From: a virus
Strand: one strand, 5' to 3'
Length of the DNA: 64,000 nucleotides
Virus record (IMG/VR): IMGVR_UViG_3300042448_001704
Span: 1 to 64,000 of that record
The position numbers were made by a program, and so were the translations under genes. Positions 18,915 through 28,737 of this stretch are shown here, piece by piece. The notes beneath the pieces were generated by a model, which searched no databases, had not been told where the DNA came from, and saw nothing but the letters and a program-made list of their open reading frames with translations. Positions within the stretch are counted from its first letter, which is position 1, and every line of letters begins with the position of its first letter.

Positions 18915-19456
18915 AAATTGTATTTATGTCTAACTCTGCTTTAAAGCCAGCTGATTGGCGAACAACTTATTTGTTAAAACCAGATTTTAATTTATTGCGT
19001 GAATCAATGATGGATTATGGGTGGGCGCAACCAATTGTCGTTCAGGAGAAAACTTCTACAATTATTGATGGTTTTCACAGATGGGCGATAGCTCAAGAAG
19101 ATAAGTTCATCAAGGTTCACGGAGATCAAGTTCCTGTTTATTTTAAAGACATTGATGATATTGATTCAATGATTATGCATATAAGACTCAACAGAGCAAG
19201 GGGTTCAATTCTTGCTAAAAAAATGTCAGACATAATTATTGATATTTGTGTAACTGGAAAATACGACACAGAAGAACTATTGACACTTTTGGGTCTCACC
19301 GACGATGAACTTGACTTAATGCTTGCGCCCAATTTAATTAAGCATCGCAAGGTTCCTGAGCATAAGTATTCACGAGCCTGGATTCCTATTGAGGCACCCA
19401 AGATTGATGAAAAAAATGTACCTAAATTTGAACGACCACCTAATTTAGATAGATAA
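18911..19456 (+). CDS. ParB/Srx-like protein (IbrB/YbdM type)
   Basis: LLRESMMDYGWAQPIVV...IIDGFHRW...IRLNRARG; ATGA overlap with the PAPS-reductase-like gene. Confidence 0.85.
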   Translation: MKIVFMSNSALKPADWRTTYLLKPDFNLLRESMMDYGWAQPIVVQEKTSTIIDGFHRWAIAQEDKFIKVHGDQVPVYFKDIDDIDSMIMHIRLNRARGSILAKKMSDIIIDICVTGKYDTEELLTLLGLTDDELDLMLAPNLIKHRKVPEHKYSRAWIPIEAPKIDEKNVPKFERPPNLDR

Positions 19457-19510
19457 ATACTTTACAGTCATTTTATGGTATCGTTGAGGCAAGTCCGATC
19501 GGAGGATTTT

Positions 19511-19771
19511 ATGCCCAACTCCACAATGACACGCGATATTGAGCTGTTCACACGTCCAGGCGGCGGAAGAGAACAAAGAATAATTGAGCGCCCTCTCTAC
19601 ATCAATGGACGGCGTGTTCCCGGAAACGCAGAAGCCTATAACCGTACCCCAGGTACTGCCCCAGGCCTAGTTGCCGCAAGACGAGCAGGCGAAATTGGCG
19701 GAAGACGAGGAAGACCAGGCCGTGGTGCCGCTGCAGGAGCAAGGGCTGCTGGTAGAGCAGTAAGAAGATAA
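19511..19771 (+). CDS. Small Arg/Gly/Ala-rich basic protein
   Basis: GGAGG at 19501, ATG at 19511; ends AARRAGEIGGRRGRPGRGAAAGARAAGRAVRR. Confidence 0.75.
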   Translation: MPNSTMTRDIELFTRPGGGREQRIIERPLYINGRRVPGNAEAYNRTPGTAPGLVAARRAGEIGGRRGRPGRGAAAGARAAGRAVRR

Positions 19772-19812
19772 ACCTTCTCGGTTTATTTCTCCCCTTATTA
19801 AGGTAATTCATC

Positions 19813-20679
19813 ATGCTTGTAAGCGTTTCACAATTAGCAACATATATGGATATTCGGTTCAGTAACAGGCAGGAAACCGCCGCTGAATATGTCCTTGAAG
19901 GTCTACAAAGCGAACTTGAGTCCTACCTGCGTCGTCCTATAGAGCTAACGGATTTTGAAGAGACTTACGTTCTTGAATCAAACTTTGTTGGCGTACCGAT
20001 GTCGTCATTTTTCTCAAACGAAACCTCCGCATCAGATGACTCTATTGGGATGGTCACATACGCTCAACCTCCCCAGACTATCTATATTCGCAATTCTCCA
20101 ATTGTTTCAGTACAAAAAGTAACTGTTTCTAATCTGAATGAAACTGGTCGTCTTCTTGGCGAAGCAGTAATAAGAAATGCAAATATTACTTCGGTAACTG
20201 TTGCTGGAACAACTGTCACATATACGGCTTCTAACCACGGTTTTACTGTCGGGCAAAAAATTAAAGTGAGCGGTTTGAGTACTTCTGCTCTAAATCTTTC
20301 ATCTAATGTTATTTCTTCTGTTGCTACCAACACTTTCACGGTGACACAGAGTGGTCTTACTGCGGGAACTTTTGCTCAAACTGGAACGGTTGTTGCATTA
20401 GGTAATGATTACACCGTGAGAAGATTTGGAATTGACTGTTATCGTGGTTTTGCCAACGACATCATCACCATCTCCTACAGAGCAGGTTTAGCCGGAGATG
20501 GAATAAAGGTTTTTCAGTTAATGATATTAAGAGCAGCTTCAAGAGAAATGCAGAATATGCATGACGACGTGGTTGGTATTAAGGATTTGAATCCTCGTGA
20601 AGTTGCACTTCAGGAAACAGGATTTTTGGAAAAAGAACTTGCTGCGGTTAAAAGATGGCGAAGAACTAGGGTCGCATAA
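19813..20679 (+). CDS. Head-tail adaptor/connector with an inserted beta-rich (FCCH-like) domain
   Basis: MLVSVSQLATYM...LESYLRR, ITISYRAG and C-terminal EKELAAVKRWRR fit connectors; insert VTYTASNHGFTVGQKIKVSG. Confidence 0.7.
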   Translation: MLVSVSQLATYMDIRFSNRQETAAEYVLEGLQSELESYLRRPIELTDFEETYVLESNFVGVPMSSFFSNETSASDDSIGMVTYAQPPQTIYIRNSPIVSVQKVTVSNLNETGRLLGEAVIRNANITSVTVAGTTVTYTASNHGFTVGQKIKVSGLSTSALNLSSNVISSVATNTFTVTQSGLTAGTFAQTGTVVALGNDYTVRRFGIDCYRGFANDIITISYRAGLAGDGIKVFQLMILRAASREMQNMHDDVVGIKDLNPREVALQETGFLEKELAAVKRWRRTRVA

Positions 20680-21138
20680 ATGAGTCTTAGCATGAATATT
20701 TCTTGCAATGCGGATAACGCTATTAGGCGTATGGATCAAATGATTCGCAGATCTCAAGACTTTCGTCCAGTATTTGGTTGGGCAAAAGGTTATCTAAAAA
20801 GAGCAAACGCCTTAAACTTCACTACTTCAGGACTCATGGTCGGTGGATGGGATCCTCTAGATGCTCGCTACGCCGCTTGGAAGGGCGTTCGTTATCCAGG
20901 AAAGCCAATACTTCAGCAGTCAGGGGCACTTTTCAAGAGCCTTTCTGACCTCAATGGCCCAGAGAACCATATTGGTTTTACCAGAGCTGAATTTGGAACC
21001 TCGGTTGAGTACGCAAAATTCCACCAATATGGAACATCAAAAATGGCTAAGCGTCAAGTAGTTTTTGAACCACCGTTTTTTGCAAAAATGCTAGGAATGA
21101 AAACACGTGAACATGTCGTGGGAAATGATATTTCATAA
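20680..21138 (+). CDS. Virion morphogenesis / tail completion protein (Mu gpG/P2 gpS-like)
   Basis: WDPL...ILQQSGALFKSL...GTSVEYAKFHQYGTSKMAKR. Confidence 0.8.
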   Translation: MSLSMNISCNADNAIRRMDQMIRRSQDFRPVFGWAKGYLKRANALNFTTSGLMVGGWDPLDARYAAWKGVRYPGKPILQQSGALFKSLSDLNGPENHIGFTRAEFGTSVEYAKFHQYGTSKMAKRQVVFEPPFFAKMLGMKTREHVVGNDIS

Positions 21139-21737
21139 TGACTGATTACTTAATGCAGGGACCACAGTTCGCTAAGCAATATGTGAGCGATTATCTCAAA
21201 GCTGACATTCCTGGAAGAATGCTTAGGTACAGAAATGGTTGGGATTTGGATGACGAAACCCTCCCCGATCCGCTTCTCTATCTTTCCCACGAACCTATAG
21301 CCCTTGATCATTGGCCAACTTTGATTACGGTATCAATTTCAGCCAATAGGTTTGACCAGTCTGGTTTTACATATACAGGCGATGCTGTTTACCGTGTCAC
21401 ATATTCTATGCGTACTTATGTTTGGACTAGAAGTGATAGTTCTGAAGAAGTAACGTTAATGAGAGACAGGCTTACGACGGTGGTTCGTTCTGCGCTTCTT
21501 GATGTTCCTTCGTTGCAAACGTTAAACGACGCAAATGGAGACTACGAAGCCTATATTGATTCGTCTAGTATTACTGAGGAATTTTCTGATTTAACTATGT
21601 TAAAAGGCGACCGGGTTCTTGCAGGTGCTTATATAGGGTATGATTTAGTAATCAATGAAATTGTTTATCGCCAGCAAATTGCAATGGTAGACACTTATGA
21701 AATTGAGATGCTAGACATGGATCCAAGCGAAGGTTGA
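21138..21737 (+). CDS. Putative tail terminator/completion protein
   Basis: 199 aa, between the morphogenesis gene and the sheath; positional inference. Confidence 0.55.
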   Translation: MTDYLMQGPQFAKQYVSDYLKADIPGRMLRYRNGWDLDDETLPDPLLYLSHEPIALDHWPTLITVSISANRFDQSGFTYTGDAVYRVTYSMRTYVWTRSDSSEEVTLMRDRLTTVVRSALLDVPSLQTLNDANGDYEAYIDSSSITEEFSDLTMLKGDRVLAGAYIGYDLVINEIVYRQQIAMVDTYEIEMLDMDPSEG

Positions 21738-21749
21738 TTGGGAAAACTT

Positions 21750-22103
21750 ATGAATACATATCAAGAATATGAAGGAAAACTAGTCACCCTTCTTAATGGT
21801 TCAATCAGTTCAACCTCATACAACGAAGCAGGAGATCGCCTAGATAACGGCAAAAGTGTTTCTGTTGAGTGGAATCCAGTAGCCTTAGCCAATGTGCGAA
21901 AAGGCCATTTAGTCGTTGTTGATGTTGTTATTGAGCAAGAAACAGACACAAAATCAACAAAAAAAACATCTTCAAAAAAATCTACTGAAGTTACAGAAGA
22001 GCCGATTCAAGAACAAACCACACCTGTTGAAGAAACAAAAGAGGAAATTGTTGAAGAAGTAAGTTCTGATACTACAGAAGTTCCTGAAGAATCGGTTGAA
22101 TAA
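21750..22103 (+). CDS. Small protein with acidic disordered tail, upstream of the sheath
   Basis: E/T/K-rich C-terminus; alternative TTG start at 21738. Confidence 0.65.
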   Translation: MNTYQEYEGKLVTLLNGSISSTSYNEAGDRLDNGKSVSVEWNPVALANVRKGHLVVVDVVIEQETDTKSTKKTSSKKSTEVTEEPIQEQTTPVEETKEEIVEEVSSDTTEVPEESVE

Positions 22104-22172
22104 ATGTATACTCGCAGTAAGGACTGACGAGGCCAATTTAATCGTCCAAACATAATTTACGGAGGATGGCGG

Positions 22173-23651
22173 ATGCCCGGAGTAACAATCAACACAGCAA
22201 TCAGAACAGGTGCTTCGGCATCTACCACTGCACCAGGGGCAACATTTTTTGTTGTTGGTGAAGCGGAACGCGGTTCAGATACTTTTGCTGTTGCATGTAC
22301 AAGTATTGACGACTACACGACCGCTTTTGGCGATTTCGTATCTGGTAAGTATCTTTACCAAAGTGTTTACACATTTTTTGAAGAGGGTGGCTCTCTTTGT
22401 TATGTAGCAAGAGCTACTAAGAGCACTGGTTCAAACGCCAAAGCTTCTTTGGGTTTGATTTCCACAGGATCTACTGTTGCAGTAACACTCACTGCGGCTG
22501 GTCGCGGCGACTGGGGCGAGAATATCACTGTTACTGTAAGCGCGGCTGTTTCTGGTGTTTACACATTTACCATCTTGTATGAAGGTGAATCAATCTTCAC
22601 TGGTGGATATGAAAACTCTGGAGCTTTTGTTGATGCAGTCAACAACAGTGCTGTTCTTAAAAACTACGTAACAGCAGCCACCACGAATCGTGCAAATACC
22701 GCTTTTGTTACTGTTTCTACAGCCGCTGCGCTTGCTAACGCAGGAACTGACGGTGCCGCCACAACAGCAGATTTTATTTCTGCTCTTGCTCTTTTCACAG
22801 AAGATCTTGGCACTGGTTGTGTAGCCATTCCTGGTGTGGTTGATACCGCAACTTCAACAACACGTGAAACAGATTTCTGGAACCCTATCAAGACACATTG
22901 TGTGGCAAACAACAGAGTTGCTCTTCTTTCGTTTGAAGAAACAGACGATGCAAGTACTGTTGCCACGATGTCAACTGGTTATGTGGGTGACGATCATGAG
23001 TACCTTGCGATGTACTATCCGTGGATCACGATTCCTTATCTTGGTAACTCGATTAGTATCTCTCCAGAAGCATATGTTGCGGCTGCTCGTTCAAAAACTG
23101 TTACCGCAACTGGAACTTGGGAAGCTTACGCAGGTGAAGTTACAATTCCGAAATTTGTTAATGGAGTTGTAACCGTTGTCGGCAGAACAACCGGTGATAC
23201 TCTTGATGCTGCTTATGTTAATGCAATCAGAATCATTAACGGCGATGTAAGAGTTTACGGTGCTCGTTCTCACTCAACGAATGTTGCTCAGTTCAGATTT
23301 ATTACAAATAGAGACACAATCAACTACATCGTTGACAGATGTGAGCTTCAACTTGAATCACTCATCTTTTCTTCTATCAATGGAAGACAGACACTTTACG
23401 GCAACATTGAATCAGCAATTCAAGGAGTTCTTGAACCAATCAGACTTTCTGGTGGTTTCTACGAAGGATTTGATTCTCGTGGACGTCGTACAGACTATGG
23501 TTACACCATTGCGGTTAATGATACAATGAACCCGGTTTCACAACTCCAAACAGGTCTTATCAAAGCCCAAGTTGGAGTTCGTATCTCAAGTGTTGGTGAC
23601 AAAATCACTGTAAACATCATCAAGTCAAACCTGACAACTAACCTCGCCTAA
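22173..23651 (+). CDS. Contractile tail sheath protein
   Basis: MPGVTI, FVVGEAERG, GDWGENITV, AMYYPWI, VNAIRII...VRVYGARS, FITNRD; GGAGG RBS. Confidence 0.92.
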   Translation: MPGVTINTAIRTGASASTTAPGATFFVVGEAERGSDTFAVACTSIDDYTTAFGDFVSGKYLYQSVYTFFEEGGSLCYVARATKSTGSNAKASLGLISTGSTVAVTLTAAGRGDWGENITVTVSAAVSGVYTFTILYEGESIFTGGYENSGAFVDAVNNSAVLKNYVTAATTNRANTAFVTVSTAAALANAGTDGAATTADFISALALFTEDLGTGCVAIPGVVDTATSTTRETDFWNPIKTHCVANNRVALLSFEETDDASTVATMSTGYVGDDHEYLAMYYPWITIPYLGNSISISPEAYVAAARSKTVTATGTWEAYAGEVTIPKFVNGVVTVVGRTTGDTLDAAYVNAIRIINGDVRVYGARSHSTNVAQFRFITNRDTINYIVDRCELQLESLIFSSINGRQTLYGNIESAIQGVLEPIRLSGGFYEGFDSRGRRTDYGYTIAVNDTMNPVSQLQTGLIKAQVGVRISSVGDKITVNIIKSNLTTNLA

Positions 23652-23665
23652 GACGGAGAACCACC

Positions 23666-24187
23666 ATGACATCAAACTCTAGCGGAACTGCATACAACAT
23701 TAGAAATAATGCTGCAAAGATAGCTCCACAACGCCAAATTGTTGCTTCTATTAGCCCGTCACCTAATCAGGCAGACACAACGCTTGGGGAGATGCCAACA
23801 TTTGCTGAGTTTTTTGCTCAAGTATCTGGCGGTGAAATTCAAGCACAGGTTGAGAAGGTGTACCACGGTGGGTCAAAGTGGCCATCCATTGTTACGGCTC
23901 CAGCAGAAGTAGGAGACATAACTCTCACTAACTACGCAGTTGCGGATACTGTCTTTATTGCAAACATGCAATTACTCCGTCAGCTTGTTGGAAGAATTTA
24001 TTACGACATCACTGTCAAGGTACTGAACACTGGTATTGCATTGGTTGGAAACGACAGATTCTATGGTCAGGCTCTTTTGGTCGGTCTTACAGAACCAGAC
24101 GGCGATGCTTCAAGCGGAACCCCTGCCACTTTTGGTCTGACTTTCATGATCTCTTCAGTTGCGGTTCCAACGACTGCACCAGCATAA
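23666..24187 (+). CDS. Tail tube protein
   Basis: Follows the sheath; FAQVSGG...EVGDITLT...EPDGDASS...FGLTF. Confidence 0.8.
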   Translation: MTSNSSGTAYNIRNNAAKIAPQRQIVASISPSPNQADTTLGEMPTFAEFFAQVSGGEIQAQVEKVYHGGSKWPSIVTAPAEVGDITLTNYAVADTVFIANMQLLRQLVGRIYYDITVKVLNTGIALVGNDRFYGQALLVGLTEPDGDASSGTPATFGLTFMISSVAVPTTAPA

Positions 24188-24240
24188 TTAAATTTTGATA
24201 GTTCCGGTTGTTACAAACCGGCCATGATAATGTCACTTTC

Positions 24241-24750
24241 ATGGATACACCTTTCACAATCATGCCAGCAGACGACACCCCCGGTGCGTCAAATGAGCCA
24301 ACAATCCTTGCGCAACTCAAAAAAGTTATTGAAGGAAGCGTAAAGCGTCCTGATATCTTTGTTGAAGTTCCAGAGCGACCCGGCGTTACCGTCCGCGTTT
24401 CACCCAACGTTACTCAGCATCAGTTGAAGTCTTGGAGAAAAAACGCAGGAGAAGAAAGCAAATCAGGGATGGACACCCTCAAGTTTGCTTGCTCAGTTAT
24501 CGGCCATACAACCACAGGTATCGCATTTAATGGCGAAATAGTTACTGATGGCAACGGTTATGAAGTCAACTTTGCTTCTCCAGAAATCCTTGAAATGACC
24601 AAGACGACACGCGCTCTTCCTGATTGTGTTCGTGCCTTCTTTGGTCTTGAACCCCATGTTGAAGCTGCTGCGGTGGCAATCATGGAAGCATCTGGATATG
24701 GGGACTCGGTGGAAACTATGGACCCTACGAAGGGGTCATCCAATTCTTAA
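24241..24750 (+). CDS. Tail assembly chaperone (G-like)
   Basis: Between tube and tape measure; ends ...MDPTKGSSNS. Confidence 0.75.
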   Translation: MDTPFTIMPADDTPGASNEPTILAQLKKVIEGSVKRPDIFVEVPERPGVTVRVSPNVTQHQLKSWRKNAGEESKSGMDTLKFACSVIGHTTTGIAFNGEIVTDGNGYEVNFASPEILEMTKTTRALPDCVRAFFGLEPHVEAAAVAIMEASGYGDSVETMDPTKGSSNS

Positions 24751-24908
24751 CTGAAGATGTGCGGGTAATTTCTGCCGCACGCTTAGGTGAATTGTTTGGT
24801 ACTGACCCCATCAGAATCCTTGATGGTGATGATACGGAGTGGTTGATAAGAGTAGCGTGTGCTAAAGTTATTGGAGATGATAGAGAGCGCGCTTCTAAGG
24901 AGAAGTAG
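24720..24908 (+). CDS. -1 frameshift extension of the tail assembly chaperone (GT-like)
   Basis: The -1 frame is open from GGA CCC TAC (24720) to TAG (24908): PYEGVIQFLTEDVRVISAARLGELFGTDP...SKEK. No ATG of its own; fills the gap before the tape measure gene. Confidence 0.7.
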   Translation, partial: GPYEGVIQFLTEDVRVISAARLGELFGTDPIRILDGDDTEWLIRVACAKVIGDDRERASKEK

Positions 24909-24945
24909 TTAAAACTCGTATTATATTTAATACTTCGGAGTGCAT

Positions 24946-27900
24946 ATGGCTGAGAATGTCACAATTAAAATTGACGTTGATGCCGATATTGCCAGTATCA
25001 CCGCAGTACGCGCAGCTCTTAACGCAATGTGCAGTGAAGTTGATGACTGCACCAAAACGATGGATAAACATCGTAAGAAGATGGATGAAGTTACATCCAC
25101 TCACGACACTCTTGAAAAAGGCACAAACAAAAACAGCAAGGCGCTAAATAGTCATTCTGGTGCAACTAAGAATGCGACTAAAAATCAGGATAGTTTTCTG
25201 AAAAAACTTTTTCATGTTAACGACGCAACCAAGACCCTTCTGGGCGGATTGCACAAACTCATAAAATTTGGCATTAAACCAATGGCTATTGAAATGGCCG
25301 CTGCAGCGCTTGCTATTGGGGCGTCGGCACTATTGTTTAAGTCGGGCGCAGCGGTCGCTAAAGGGTATCAATTAGCTCTATCAGGTGTTGCTTATGCAAT
25401 AGTTGCGGCAACGGCTGCTTTTGCCACATTCTTAGCAGCTCAGAGAGAGTTTGCGTCAACTTCTTTTGCTCCAATGTTTGCTGATGGGGCAACAAATACA
25501 GCCAGTAGTGTTGAGGCTGCTTCTTCCGCAATGAAGATGTTTGTGGATGATGCTCAATTAGCAGTACTTGGATCAAAGTCGCTTACCGCAGCCTTCTCAA
25601 CCCTCTCCAAGCAGGGACCTGTCACTGGTAAAACAACCGCAGCTTTTAGAGCCTTAGCGGATGTTACAAGCGGTATGGGAGGGGACATAGGCAAGAACTC
25701 AGAAGAACTAGCAAAGTTTATGGCTGAGTACCAAAAGCGCGGAACATTTGGTTCCAAAGTTCAACAAGCCGGTAAAGCGCTTGGCCCAGAGTTCACGAAA
25801 ATACTTAAAGAAGCAAACGCTCAGGGAATCAACACTTATGACAAGTTTGCTGAAGCTGCTGTTAACGGAACACTAGGAGATACTTTCAAAAAGTACTCTG
25901 GTCAACTTGGAAACATGAACAACACGCTTGTTGGTCAAGCAAAGGGTGCCTTGAGTGAAATCAAGGGAATGTTTGTTGAAATGGGTGAACCTCTTCTCGG
26001 GCCGGTCAAGCAAATTTTCCAACAAATGACGGGCGACATAAGAGTCTTGTTCATGCGCATCAATGCCGAAATGGGTGGCGTAGTAAATGGCGGAACGCTT
26101 CAGAAACTTGCCGATGGTTTTGGAAAAATAACCAATGCTATTGGAAGACTAATTGAGACACGTGTTCCTGACGCTACGAATGCTCTTGGAAGATTGAGTG
26201 ATGGTTGGAAAACCTTTAGTAACTTAGCCAGTAGAATAGTAGAATGGTTGCGTCCTTTGCAGGATGCTGCTTCTGGTATCTGGAAAGCTCTTTTACCCGC
26301 TTTGCGCGCTGTTGCTTCAAGCTTTGGTGGAACCGTTGATCAGATTGCCATGTTCTTTACTGACAAATCGTTTTTAGACAATTTAACAAAATTTTCTATG
26401 GCATTTGCCGAAGTTTATTTGGCACTTTCTGATATTGGAACACAAATAAAAGACGCCTTTGTTAAAGCTCTTCCAGTTATGACTATTGTTGCAAAAGTAG
26501 TTGCTGCAATTCTTACAGCAATGGGAGCGCTGCTTTCCCTAACAAACAAACTCCCTGGAGCTCTTGGTGGTATAGCAACATTAGGCGCTGCTTTTATCGG
26601 TATGAGGGCGCTCAAAATGGGCGGGGCACAAGTTAAAGGAAAAGTTGGTGGAGCACTCAATGCTGGCGCTTCAAAACTAACTGGCGGTACAGGTGCCATG
26701 CCTGGCGTTGCTTCTTCCACGGGCACAATGAATGTCACGGCTGGTTCTGTGTATGTAAATGGAACAGGAGTCACTGGAGGCGCAGCGGGGACTGTTGCGA
26801 ATACAGCAGCGACACGTGCAATAGGTGGTGCTGGTGCTGCTGGACGAATGAGTATGGGTCAGCGATTTGGTAACTATAGATCAAGAGTTGGTGGTGAATT
26901 TCAAAGAATTAGAGGAGGAATAGGACAGATTGCTTCACCTAGCAATGGATTGAACCGACGTGCAAATTTTGGGAACATGTTTTTTCCACCTACTACAACT
27001 CCAGGTCTTGGAGCCAGCGCAACAGGATCTTTAAATTATGGACAAAGAGCCGCTAATGCTTTTCAGGGTTCTCGCTATGGTGGAGCAAGCATAACTCAAT
27101 CTTTAAAAAATTCCCGAAAAGCTGTAGGTAGACAGTTCGCAGCATCTGGCGGCATGGGCAATGTGGCAAGTAAGGTTGGCAATATTGCAGGAAACCCAAT
27201 GGCGCTGATGATGGGCGGTCAAGCAATAAGCGGTCTTGATGTCGGTGGAAAACAAGGAAACGCTGTTACTGGTTCTGCTGGCAGTGCAATGCAGATGGCG
27301 GGTATGGCAAAAATGATGGGTGCTTCTGGTCCAGCTGCAGCGATACTTGCTGGTGGAACCGCTGCTTGGAAACTTGGTGGAGCGGTTTCTGCTGGAATGT
27401 TCGGAAACAGCGACAGCAATGTTGCAAAAGCCGGAGGAGGACTTGCTGGTGCAGCCACTGGTGCGGCAATTGGTGCAACTATCGGAAGTGCGGTTCCTGT
27501 TTTAGGAACAGCCCTTGGTGCGGCTCTCGGTGGTGCTATTGGTTTTGCGGCAGGAGTTTGGAACGCTGGAAAATACAACAAGCAAGCACGTTCAGCAGCT
27601 AAAGAATTTATTGCTGGTTATGCAACACGCCTAGATGATGCCATGAGTGCTGGCGACCTTGAAGGTGTTCAGTCTGCTGTTGACAATGTTTACGCAGATG
27701 CCGCTGCTGCTGGCAAAGGAAACATTGATGTTTACAACAAGGAAATTGAAAAGCGCAAAAAAGAAATTGATGCACTAAGCAAAGGCGCATCTAATTATTC
27801 TAAAAATGCTGGATTGTTTCAAATAGTATTTGGTGCCGACGCAAAAGAAATGGTAAAGATTGCGAACAAGGCCGGTGTTGGGATAGATGGTCTCAAAAAA

Positions 27901-28737
27901 GGCATTGTCGGAGTTATGGATGTTGCCAAAAAAGCGGGAATAAATCTTACGGAAAAAATGGCTCCCGGTTTAGCTAACATGAATGCCCAAATGCTTGACG
28001 CAAAAATGGCATTGTTTGACGCTCCTCTTCAAGCTCTTGACATGCAGAATCAATTTGACTCCATGCAGGACAAGATTGCAAGCGGTGATACAAGCAAATC
28101 CACGATTATTCAGTTCTTAAAAACAGGATTTCAACGTGGTTACGCTTTAACTGGAAGTTCTTCAAAAGCAACAGTAATGCTGGAAGACACGATGAAGTCT
28201 CTTGCGGATGTAATGCCTGGACAGATTGACAAAATAATGGAAGTTGCGTCTGAGATTGGTGTTTTTGATTCAAAGAGAGAGTCGGAATCGTTTATAACAT
28301 CCAAGGGTTCTACATATTCTTCAATATTTGGCGAAGCCATAAGGAATTCGGGCGTAGAGGGAGTTTCGGATACTCAAATTTTGACTCAAATAGGTAAAGT
28401 TATTGCGGAAGGTGGAGCGGGTGCTTCGGTTGCAATGGATGACCTTTTAAATAATGTTTTGTTAGGAAAATCATCAGGTAAAGATATTCTTGCTTTCCTT
28501 AACACTGGATATTTGAATACTCCTAATCCTGGTGCACAGGGGAATGATGTTCTTCCGAGTGGAAAAAGAGTTGCTCCCGTTGATCCAAGTTCGCTTTCTA
28601 CACAGGTTGCATATGCACCAAATATTCAAATTAGTGGTGTTATTTCTGTTGATGATAAAGCAGCACAAAAGGTCATTACTGATATTGTTGATGCGCAGTG
28701 GCTAAAAATAAAAAGACAAAATCAAGGTGCTAAATAA
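24946..28737 (+). CDS. Tape measure protein
   Basis: About 1263 aa, Ala/Gly-rich, helical, with hydrophobic segments; canonical position. Confidence 0.9.
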   Translation: MAENVTIKIDVDADIASITAVRAALNAMCSEVDDCTKTMDKHRKKMDEVTSTHDTLEKGTNKNSKALNSHSGATKNATKNQDSFLKKLFHVNDATKTLLGGLHKLIKFGIKPMAIEMAAAALAIGASALLFKSGAAVAKGYQLALSGVAYAIVAATAAFATFLAAQREFASTSFAPMFADGATNTASSVEAASSAMKMFVDDAQLAVLGSKSLTAAFSTLSKQGPVTGKTTAAFRALADVTSGMGGDIGKNSEELAKFMAEYQKRGTFGSKVQQAGKALGPEFTKILKEANAQGINTYDKFAEAAVNGTLGDTFKKYSGQLGNMNNTLVGQAKGALSEIKGMFVEMGEPLLGPVKQIFQQMTGDIRVLFMRINAEMGGVVNGGTLQKLADGFGKITNAIGRLIETRVPDATNALGRLSDGWKTFSNLASRIVEWLRPLQDAASGIWKALLPALRAVASSFGGTVDQIAMFFTDKSFLDNLTKFSMAFAEVYLALSDIGTQIKDAFVKALPVMTIVAKVVAAILTAMGALLSLTNKLPGALGGIATLGAAFIGMRALKMGGAQVKGKVGGALNAGASKLTGGTGAMPGVASSTGTMNVTAGSVYVNGTGVTGGAAGTVANTAATRAIGGAGAAGRMSMGQRFGNYRSRVGGEFQRIRGGIGQIASPSNGLNRRANFGNMFFPPTTTPGLGASATGSLNYGQRAANAFQGSRYGGASITQSLKNSRKAVGRQFAASGGMGNVASKVGNIAGNPMALMMGGQAISGLDVGGKQGNAVTGSAGSAMQMAGMAKMMGASGPAAAILAGGTAAWKLGGAVSAGMFGNSDSNVAKAGGGLAGAATGAAIGATIGSAVPVLGTALGAALGGAIGFAAGVWNAGKYNKQARSAAKEFIAGYATRLDDAMSAGDLEGVQSAVDNVYADAAAAGKGNIDVYNKEIEKRKKEIDALSKGASNYSKNAGLFQIVFGADAKEMVKIANKAGVGIDGLKKGIVGVMDVAKKAGINLTEKMAPGLANMNAQMLDAKMALFDAPLQALDMQNQFDSMQDKIASGDTSKSTIIQFLKTGFQRGYALTGSSSKATVMLEDTMKSLADVMPGQIDKIMEVASEIGVFDSKRESESFITSKGSTYSSIFGEAIRNSGVEGVSDTQILTQIGKVIAEGGAGASVAMDDLLNNVLLGKSSGKDILAFLNTGYLNTPNPGAQGNDVLPSGKRVAPVDPSSLSTQVAYAPNIQISGVISVDDKAAQKVITDIVDAQWLKIKRQNQGAK

